From: a bacterium
Lineage (GTDB): Bacteria; Zhuqueibacterota; Zhuqueibacteria; Zhuqueibacterales; Zhuqueibacteraceae
Reading direction: 5' to 3'
DNA: 16,399 nt
NCBI GenBank assembly: GCA_044869275.1
Contig: JBIOXB010000058.1
Location: 1 to 16,399 of the forward strand
Numbering within the stretch: position 1 is the stretch's first letter; each line of letters begins with the position of its first letter. The translations under genes were made by a program, and so were the position numbers. A model generated the notes under the pieces. That model worked only from the letters and a program-made list of their open reading frames with translations, searched no databases and was not told the origin of the DNA. Shown here in pieces: positions 6,289 to 13,582 of the stretch.

Positions 6289-8100
6289 ATGCAAACCAAC
6301 CAAAAACTTCTGCTGTGCATGGTGTTGCTATTCCCTCTCATTGTTGCCGCCAAAAACTACAAAGGCGCTGAACTGCGCACCAGGGCCGCGTTTACCTACG
6401 GACGCTTCGAAGTGCGCCTGCAATCGGCGCAACGCGAAGGCATGCTGTCTTCATTTTTCACCTATCATGATGGCGCGGGCTCGGCAACCTGGAATGAAAT
6501 CGACTTCGAGATTTTGGGCCGTTATTCCGATGACGTGCAATTCAATACCATCACGCCCGGCCAAACCAATCACCTTCGCCATCAGGCCACGGCATTCAAT
6601 CCGCACGTGGCTTTTCATACGTACGCGATGGAATGGACTCCGGCATATGTCGCCTGGTTTATCGATGGTGTGGAATTTTACCGCCAAACCGGCGCGCACA
6701 TCGCCATGCTGACCCAGCCGCAGAAGATCATGATGAACATCTGGAATCCGGCATTCGCGAATTGGGTGGGAAGCTGGAGCGACGAGGCGCTTCCGGCCTT
6801 CGCCTATTATGATTGGGTGAGCTATGCCGCCCATACCCCGGGATCGGGCAATTCCGGCACAGATAATAATTTTACCCTGCAATGGCGGGATGATTTTGAT
6901 TCCTGGGATCAGGTGCGCTGGGAGAAAGCAACGCATACCTTCAACGGCAACAATTGTGATTTTGTGCCCGAGAACGCAGTGTTTCAAGGGGGCATGATGA
7001 TTCTTTGCCTCACGAATGCCACCGATTTGGGATATGTCGACCGAAATCCGCCCGTGGTTGAATGGGCCCGCCGCTCGGGCAGCAATGTCACCGTGATGTT
7101 TTCGGAGGAGCTGGACAAAACCACGGCGGAAAGGCCCTCCAACTACATCGTGCCGAACGTTACGACTTCCAGCGCGCGCCTGCTGCCAGATCAAAAGAGC
7201 GTGCTGCTCGAAACTTCCGGTTTGGAGCCTGCAGTCAATCACAATCTCGTGGTGCTCGGCGTGCGAGATCGTGCCGCCAATCCGAATACCATCGCCCCCC
7301 GTGCCGTGGGCCTCATTCCAGAAGACCCGGTGACATTGCCGCTGCAGATCAACGTGGGAGGAGCTCAACAGGGTGAATTCTTTGCCGACCAGCCCTGGAA
7401 CGAGAGAGCGCCACATGGCTTCATGGATGGCACCGCGAGAGCTTGGCCCAGCAGCCTACCCATCGGCAATACTGAAGATGATGAGATTTACCGCAGCGAG
7501 CGTTGGGGCCTGGTGTACTACAAGGTTCGGGTGCCCAACGGCAGTTATCGCGTCTCATTGCTGATGGCTGAAAACAACTTTGCCGCCCCCGGCCAGAGAG
7601 TCTTCGATGTCTTCATCGAGGGCGAATTGGCGGCCAGCCGCATGGACCCTTGGCAGGAATTCGGCGCACACACCGCGGGTGTAAAAATTGCCGATCCTGT
7701 GCAAGTTGGTGATGGCATTCTCGATCTGCATTTTTCCGCGATCACAGGCGAGCCCTTGTTGAATGGGCTCGTCATTGAGGCATCTACCACGACCGGTGTT
7801 CGAGCATTCAACACTGGCCCGACTCAATTCCATCTCGCGCAAAACTTTCCCAATCCTTTTAATGGCGCGACCACGATTCGGTACGATCTCGCCTCCGAGG
7901 AGAATATGCGATTTCGAGTCTTCGATCTCCTTGGCAATGTGGTTTACGAAAAAGACCTGGGCGTGCAGCAAGCCGGAAGGAGTGAGTTTTCATGGGAGGC
8001 GGTTGACGCCACGGGCAAGGTATTGAATTCCGGCGTCTATTTTTACACCGTGGGCGGCGAGAAGAGATTTTCGACTAGAAGGCTAGTGTTGGTGAAGTGA
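6289..8100 (+). CDS. GH16 endo-beta-1,3-1,4-glucanase (licheninase-type) + Ig-like + malectin domain + T9SS/FlgD-Ig C-terminal domain
   Basis: Signal peptide. YKGAELRT...YGRFEVR, SSFFTY, WNEIDFEILG (ExDxE catalytic motif), FHTYAMEWTP, QKIMMNIW. VTVMFSEELD is Ig-like. INVGG...IYRSERWG...GQRVFDVFIEG is malectin-like. Tail AQNFPNPFN...SGVYFY. Confidence 0.9.
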   Translation: MQTNQKLLLCMVLLFPLIVAAKNYKGAELRTRAAFTYGRFEVRLQSAQREGMLSSFFTYHDGAGSATWNEIDFEILGRYSDDVQFNTITPGQTNHLRHQATAFNPHVAFHTYAMEWTPAYVAWFIDGVEFYRQTGAHIAMLTQPQKIMMNIWNPAFANWVGSWSDEALPAFAYYDWVSYAAHTPGSGNSGTDNNFTLQWRDDFDSWDQVRWEKATHTFNGNNCDFVPENAVFQGGMMILCLTNATDLGYVDRNPPVVEWARRSGSNVTVMFSEELDKTTAERPSNYIVPNVTTSSARLLPDQKSVLLETSGLEPAVNHNLVVLGVRDRAANPNTIAPRAVGLIPEDPVTLPLQINVGGAQQGEFFADQPWNERAPHGFMDGTARAWPSSLPIGNTEDDEIYRSERWGLVYYKVRVPNGSYRVSLLMAENNFAAPGQRVFDVFIEGELAASRMDPWQEFGAHTAGVKIADPVQVGDGILDLHFSAITGEPLLNGLVIEASTTTGVRAFNTGPTQFHLAQNFPNPFNGATTIRYDLASEENMRFRVFDLLGNVVYEKDLGVQQAGRSEFSWEAVDATGKVLNSGVYFYTVGGEKRFSTRRLVLVK

Positions 8101-8102
8101 AG

Positions 8103-8247
8103 CTTGGGATCGCCATTTGGACAACTTTCCCGGTCTTTGAAACCGCTAATTAACGCAAATGTACGCTAATATGTTCTCAATTCGCGTTTATCAGCGTTTA
8201 TTCGCGGTTTGAGATATGAGAAAGTCATTTGATTCTCAATCCTTAAT
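8103..8247. repeat. 145-bp dispersed repeat copy 2, inverted relative to 3087-3231
   Basis: The reverse complement aligns without gaps to 3087-3231. Confidence 0.9.
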
Positions 8248-8295
8248 TGCACAAGAAGTGTGATTTGCGTTTTACGTACTTATAGGGAAGAGGTT

Positions 8296-10644
8296 ATGAT
8301 CAATCGCGAACGGACCGGATTCATCATACCCATTATCTTGGTGCCTCTGCTCCTGTTTTCGACCCGGCGCGTGGCGGGGCAAGTTGCCACACTCGAAGCG
8401 ACTTTGCAGCTGCGCAGCGTGGATGGCATCACTCTTCCTTTTCAAAACGGCATTCCCATTCCTGCCTTCGAAAAACAGCAGCGTACGACTTTGAGCCTCA
8501 CTGGCCAGTGGCGCAAGCAACGCTTCGCGGCCAATCACGATCTGACGCTAAAAAAGAGAGATGCCGCCGGCTATGCCGAGTTGGTTGCCGAAGCCGCCGG
8601 CCGTTTCGAGCCCGGGTATGACGACAGCAACTGGCCTTTCCTGCAGATTCCCGGCGTCGAAAACACCATCAATACCTACGAGAAGCGCCCGGAGTATTAT
8701 CAAGACGGCGTGTGGTACCGGCGTGCGTTTGAGGTTCCGGATTCGCTGCGCGGCAAATTCGTCAAGCTCATGTTTTATGCCGTCAATTACGTTGCCGACG
8801 TTTGGCTGAACGGCACTTACCTCGGTTATCACGAAGGCGGTTACACTTCTTTTGCCTTCGAGGTTTCGAGCGCCGTGAGATACGATACCGTTAACGTCCT
8901 GGCGGTGCGCGTAGACAATCCACCCTGGGGAACGCGAACAGACATTGTGCCATACTCCCGGGTGGATTGGTTCAATTACACCGGCATTATCCACGAGAGC
9001 TATTTGGAGTTTTCCGGTCCGGTCGCGGTGGTGCGTGCCGACGTCGTGCCCCAGAATATCGATGGCACCCTGCAAACCTCGATCACGCTGTTTAATGCAT
9101 CGGCGGCGGCGCAGGAGGTCGGGGTGCGCGTGCAGGTTTATGCCGCCCGCATCGACGAACAAAACATCCGCACGGAAAGAGCTTTCGACCTGATCGGCGA
9201 TTTGGCCTCGGTTTCCGGGCAGACGGAAAACTCATTGACAGTGCCGGCGCAAGAGAGCAGGGCATGGAGGACGAGCATCACGGTGCAAAACCCCAAGCTC
9301 TGGTCGCCAAAGAACCCGCATCTTTATGTCTTGCAAGTCACCGTCTCCCGTGCCGGCCAAGTGGTTGACCAATTTCATACGCAATTCGGCATGCGCACGG
9401 CCAAGACGCTCGGCAATAAATTTTTGCTGAATGAGAAACCCGCATTTTTTGTGGGTATGGCGCGCCACGAAGATCATCCGGTTTACGGACGAAGCCTCCC
9501 AGTTGAGACGATTTATGAAGACTTGGTGAAGATCAAGAATCTCAATGCCAACTGGCTGCGTACGGCGCATTACCCGAATCATCCCTTTACCTATCTTGCG
9601 GCTGATCGGTTGGGTTTCGTCGTGATGGAAGAAATTCCAGTGTGGCAATTTGATCTGAACCTGGCCTGGGTGCTGCAGAATTTGATCCGGCACATTCACG
9701 AGCAGATGTTCAAAGAAATGGTCTTTCGCGATTACAATCGCCCTTCGATCGTACAGTGGAGCACCAGCAACGAATGCCTGGAGGTCGACGGCAGAAAGAC
9801 CTTCATCCAGCGCGTCAACCAGGAGTTGGACCGATTGTATCCCGACGGCAGGCTGGTGGGCCAGTCCGCGGCAGCCGACCGGCCCGGGCCCGAGGATCCT
9901 TCGCAGGCGGTTTGTGACTTCATGGGCTGGACCATGTATTTCGGCGTTTTCCACGGCAGTACGGCTTACACCGGCACAAAATACTTTTTGGTTGATGCCA
10001 ATCTTGCCTATCCTCTCAAGCCTGTGGTCAATACCGAATTCGGCTACTGGTCCTCGGAAAACGGTTCGACCGCGGGCATGCAAGTCGAAATCTTCAACGA
10101 CACCTTCCGCGCCTTGAAGCAACGCGCGGCCATGGACAGCTTGGGCAACGTCGATTGCTGCGGTTATTTGATGGCGATGACGTGGTGGTGCGCTTTTGAT
10201 TGGTACCGCATGACTGAGGGGTTCCAAAGCATGGGGCTTTTGCACATGGATCGCGTCACCGAAAAGCAGGTGACGCCAGTGCTGAAAGCGGCCTATCTTC
10301 CCTATTTCAAAGCCGGCGGCATAGGCACGGAGGTGAAAGCAAGAGCTCCCGCACTCATCGCGCAGCCGCAGCGATATGCCTTGCAGCAGAATTATCCCAA
10401 CCCGTTCAACCCGGCCACGAAAATTAGTTACTCCGTGCCGGCCAGAACGCATCTCAAACTGGAGGTGTTCGACGCTTCCGGGCGCACTGTTGCAGTTTTG
10501 GTGGATGAGGTGAAAAATGCCGGTGATCACGAGGTGGCGTTCCCGGCTGCCGGCCGAGCGCAAAGCTTACCGAGCGGCGTTTACTTTTATAAACTGCGGG
10601 CGGAGAGTTTCACGGAAGTGAAAAAAATGATTTTGATGAAATAA
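8296..10644 (+). CDS. Glycoside hydrolase family 2 (beta-galactosidase/glucuronidase-like) with T9SS C-terminal domain
   Basis: LSLTGQWR, GVWYRRAF, HEGGYTSF, DWFNYTGI, PKLWSP, QFGMRT, LRTAHYP, WSTSNE (acid/base), NTEFG (nucleophile). Tail ALQQNYPNPFNP...SGVYFYKL. Likely start ATG 8296, followed by a signal-like hydrophobic segment. Confidence 0.9.
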   Translation: MINRERTGFIIPIILVPLLLFSTRRVAGQVATLEATLQLRSVDGITLPFQNGIPIPAFEKQQRTTLSLTGQWRKQRFAANHDLTLKKRDAAGYAELVAEAAGRFEPGYDDSNWPFLQIPGVENTINTYEKRPEYYQDGVWYRRAFEVPDSLRGKFVKLMFYAVNYVADVWLNGTYLGYHEGGYTSFAFEVSSAVRYDTVNVLAVRVDNPPWGTRTDIVPYSRVDWFNYTGIIHESYLEFSGPVAVVRADVVPQNIDGTLQTSITLFNASAAAQEVGVRVQVYAARIDEQNIRTERAFDLIGDLASVSGQTENSLTVPAQESRAWRTSITVQNPKLWSPKNPHLYVLQVTVSRAGQVVDQFHTQFGMRTAKTLGNKFLLNEKPAFFVGMARHEDHPVYGRSLPVETIYEDLVKIKNLNANWLRTAHYPNHPFTYLAADRLGFVVMEEIPVWQFDLNLAWVLQNLIRHIHEQMFKEMVFRDYNRPSIVQWSTSNECLEVDGRKTFIQRVNQELDRLYPDGRLVGQSAAADRPGPEDPSQAVCDFMGWTMYFGVFHGSTAYTGTKYFLVDANLAYPLKPVVNTEFGYWSSENGSTAGMQVEIFNDTFRALKQRAAMDSLGNVDCCGYLMAMTWWCAFDWYRMTEGFQSMGLLHMDRVTEKQVTPVLKAAYLPYFKAGGIGTEVKARAPALIAQPQRYALQQNYPNPFNPATKISYSVPARTHLKLEVFDASGRTVAVLVDEVKNAGDHEVAFPAAGRAQSLPSGVYFYKLRAESFTEVKKMILMK

Positions 10645-10744
10645 GCCATTTGGTTACTGACCGGTCACTACAGCACAGTCACAACGCAATACACGGTGCA
10701 GAAGTGACCGGTCAGTTGAGCTGAAAAAATGATTTTGATGAAAT
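10622..10744 (+). repeat. 21-bp direct repeat of the GH2 gene 3' end
   Basis: AAAAAATGATTTTGATGAAAT at 10622-10642 and 10724-10744. Confidence 0.9.
10656..10716. repeat. Inverted repeat whose arms each contain palindrome TGACCGGTCA (REP-like, or paired operator sites)
   Basis: ACTGACCGGTCACTACAGCAC (10656-10676) / GTGCAGAAGTGACCGGTCAGT (10696-10716), 19/21 match. Confidence 0.8.
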
Positions 10745-10805
10745 GGACAAACACAAATCTGAGCATCAGCCCAAGAACATGGTTTTCCAATCAGAGGACT
10801 TCCCC

Positions 10806-13508
10806 ATGGCTCTGTTCAAAACCAAAGCACGTTTGATCCTTCCCCTTATTGCCGCCATGCTTTTCTCCAGTGCCGTCCTGTTGACCGCGCAAACCACGGG
10901 CAAAATCGCCGGAAAAGTGACGGATAAGGAAAACGGCCAAGGCCTGCCCGGCGCGAACGTCATCATCGAAGGCAGCAATCGCGGCGCGGCGGCGGACCTG
11001 AATGGCGATTTTTATATCCTCAACGTTCCACCCGGCGTTTTCACCGTCAAAGTGCAAATGCTGGGCTACGAGACCGTGCGCTTGGAGAACGTCCGGGTCT
11101 CCGTCAATCGTACTGCGACGGTCGCGGTGCAGCTCAAAGCGACGACATTGACGGGCGAGGAAATTGTGGTCACGGCGGAACAAGTCGCCATCAAGAAAGA
11201 TCAGACCAGCTCGGTGCGCAACGTCTCCGCCGATCAAATCGAGATTCTGCCGGTGGAAAGCATCGGAGCAGTGGTGAGCATGCAGCCGGGCGTCGTGGCC
11301 GGGCACTTTCGCGGCGGCCGCATCACGGAGGTCTCCTACCTGGTGGACGGCTTGCAGGTGGACGAATCCTTTGCGGGCGAGGGCAAAACCGTCGATCTCG
11401 AGCCCGAGGCGATTCAAGATTTGGAGGTGATCACCGGCACCTTCAACGCCGAATACGGGCGCGCCATGAGTGGCGTGGTCAACGCCGTGACCAAGGACGG
11501 TGGCGAGGCGTTTCACGGCGCGTTCTCGGGCGAGATGGGAAATTATTATACTTCACACGACGACATCTTCATGGGTCTGCAAAGCAGTGATCTCGATCGC
11601 AATCAAGATTACAAATTTCAGCTCAGCGGCCCGCTGCTCACGAAAAAGCTCTCGTTTTTCACCAACTACCGGGCGCAAGATTACAAAAATCACTTGAACG
11701 GGATCCGCCGCTTCGAGGTGGACAACCTCAGCAACTTTCAAGGGGATGACGAGGCGAATTGGTTTTCCGAGCACACCGGCGACAGCGCCTACGTGCCGAT
11801 GAACAACTCCAAGAACATTTCTTTTCTGGGCAAAATTTCAGCGAATTTTGCCAAAAGCGTGAAGCTGTCCTTGCTTTACACGCGCAACGACGACGAATGG
11901 CACAATTACGACCACGCGTTCAAGTATAACCCCGACGGCCTGCCCACGGCGTATCGTGAAACCGACATGTACGCGCTGCAATTCAATCACATGCTCTCAC
12001 CCAAAGCCTTTTACGAAATCAAGCTTTCCTATATCGACAATTTCAACGGCTGGTACATTTTCTCAAATCCACTCGACCCGGGTTACGTGCACGACAGATA
12101 CTATTACAACGACGGCCCCGGATTCTATACCGGTGGCCAGCAAAAGGACCACAATCTGCGCACGCTGAAAGATTACAACGCCAAACTGGATTTGTCCTGG
12201 CAGGTAAACAAGCGCCACAGTTTAAAGGGCGGATTCTTATTTACCCAGCATAATTTGAACAACCACAGCGTGCAGATTCGCAATCTTTATTACGGCACGG
12301 ATCTCGAAAACGACTTTTACCAGCCCGTCGTTTTTCCGGATTCCTCCGTCTACTCGGACATTTACGAAGTCGAGCCACAGGAGTTTTCCGCGTATGTGCA
12401 GGATAAAATTGAATACAATGAAATGGTGATCAACGCCGGCCTGCGCTACGATTATTTTTACTCCAACACGGTCTTTCCCTCGGAGCGCCGCAATCCTGCG
12501 AACCAGCTCAGCTATCCGGACAATCCCGAATACATGTCAACCTATCTCAAATCCGATCCGCAATCGCAAGTCAGCCCGCGCCTGGGTTTGTCTTATCAAT
12601 TGAGCGACGTCGCGCTGCTGCACTTTAGCTACGGCCATTTCTTCCAAATGCCGCCGATGTATGCGTTGTACGACAATCATTCCTTTCAGGTGGCGCCCAC
12701 CAATTATGAAACCACCATGGGCGATGCGCAAATCAAAGCCGAAAAGACGGTGCAGTACGAGCTCGGTCTGTGGCAGCAAATCATCCCGGGGATGGGCATT
12801 GAGGTCGCGCTGTTCTATCGCGACATCTATGATTTGCTGAGCGCCAAAGTCGTCACCACCTTTAATCAGATCCGCTACGGCTTGTACTCGAACAAAGACT
12901 ATGGCAACGCCAAGGGCCTGGAGCTAAAATATGATTTTGCCCGGGGGAAACTCTCCACGCATGTGAACTACACCCTGCAATTCACCCGTGGCAACGCGGA
13001 CAATCCGCGCTTCACGTTCGATCGCGAAGGCGACAACCGCGACCCGGTGCCGACGCTCATTCCGATGAGCTGGGATCAGCGCCACACTTTGAACGCGACC
13101 GTCGGATACAACACCGGCAGATACGGCTTGACCGCGACCGGCTACTTTAATTCCGGCGTGCCTTACACCTGGTCGCCGCTGTCGGAGAATTTGCTCGCGC
13201 GCGTGAATTTGCTGCCCAACAACGCCAAACAGCCCAGCCAAACCAGCGTCGATTTGGCCGCTTACTATAATCTGCGCATGGTAGGAGAGGTCGATTTGAG
13301 ATTCACGCTTTCGGTTTACAATCTTTTTGATAACTTGAATGAAGTTTCAGTCAATTCACAAACCGGCCGCGCCTACACGGCCATCGTCACGCCCTCCGAT
13401 CTCGCCGCGCATCGCAGCGATTTCAACGACTATTACGACCGTGTGCAGGACCCGGAAATGTATTCCGCACCGAGATATGTGAAGCTCGGTATGGGCGTGT
13501 CATTTTGA
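10806..13508 (+). CDS. TonB-dependent receptor with N-terminal carboxypeptidase-regulatory-like domain
   Basis: SD GAGGA 10794-10798 before ATG 10806; signal peptide. TTGKIAGKVTD...LPGANV...G.FYILNVPPG marks the N-terminal domain. Plug motifs HFRGGR...YLVDG and TGTFNAEYG...SGVVN. Barrel strands SPRLG, YGHFFQ, AEKTVQYELG, WDQRHT. C-terminal Phe. Confidence 0.92.
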   Translation: MALFKTKARLILPLIAAMLFSSAVLLTAQTTGKIAGKVTDKENGQGLPGANVIIEGSNRGAAADLNGDFYILNVPPGVFTVKVQMLGYETVRLENVRVSVNRTATVAVQLKATTLTGEEIVVTAEQVAIKKDQTSSVRNVSADQIEILPVESIGAVVSMQPGVVAGHFRGGRITEVSYLVDGLQVDESFAGEGKTVDLEPEAIQDLEVITGTFNAEYGRAMSGVVNAVTKDGGEAFHGAFSGEMGNYYTSHDDIFMGLQSSDLDRNQDYKFQLSGPLLTKKLSFFTNYRAQDYKNHLNGIRRFEVDNLSNFQGDDEANWFSEHTGDSAYVPMNNSKNISFLGKISANFAKSVKLSLLYTRNDDEWHNYDHAFKYNPDGLPTAYRETDMYALQFNHMLSPKAFYEIKLSYIDNFNGWYIFSNPLDPGYVHDRYYYNDGPGFYTGGQQKDHNLRTLKDYNAKLDLSWQVNKRHSLKGGFLFTQHNLNNHSVQIRNLYYGTDLENDFYQPVVFPDSSVYSDIYEVEPQEFSAYVQDKIEYNEMVINAGLRYDYFYSNTVFPSERRNPANQLSYPDNPEYMSTYLKSDPQSQVSPRLGLSYQLSDVALLHFSYGHFFQMPPMYALYDNHSFQVAPTNYETTMGDAQIKAEKTVQYELGLWQQIIPGMGIEVALFYRDIYDLLSAKVVTTFNQIRYGLYSNKDYGNAKGLELKYDFARGKLSTHVNYTLQFTRGNADNPRFTFDREGDNRDPVPTLIPMSWDQRHTLNATVGYNTGRYGLTATGYFNSGVPYTWSPLSENLLARVNLLPNNAKQPSQTSVDLAAYYNLRMVGEVDLRFTLSVYNLFDNLNEVSVNSQTGRAYTAIVTPSDLAAHRSDFNDYYDRVQDPEMYSAPRYVKLGMGVSF

Positions 13509-13521
13509 TGCGTAACTTTGA

Positions 13522-13557
13522 TTCGTAAGAACAAGCGCCTGAAGGGGCGACTACGAA
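13522..13557. repeat. Short GTAG-type REP-like palindrome
   Basis: Minus strand reads TTCGTAGTCGCCCCTTCAGGCG (GTAG followed by a CGCC/GGCG hairpin); outer TTCGTA (13522-13527) / TACGAA (13552-13557). Confidence 0.5.
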
Positions 13558-13582
13558 CGTAACAACTCTCAAGGCAGAACGG

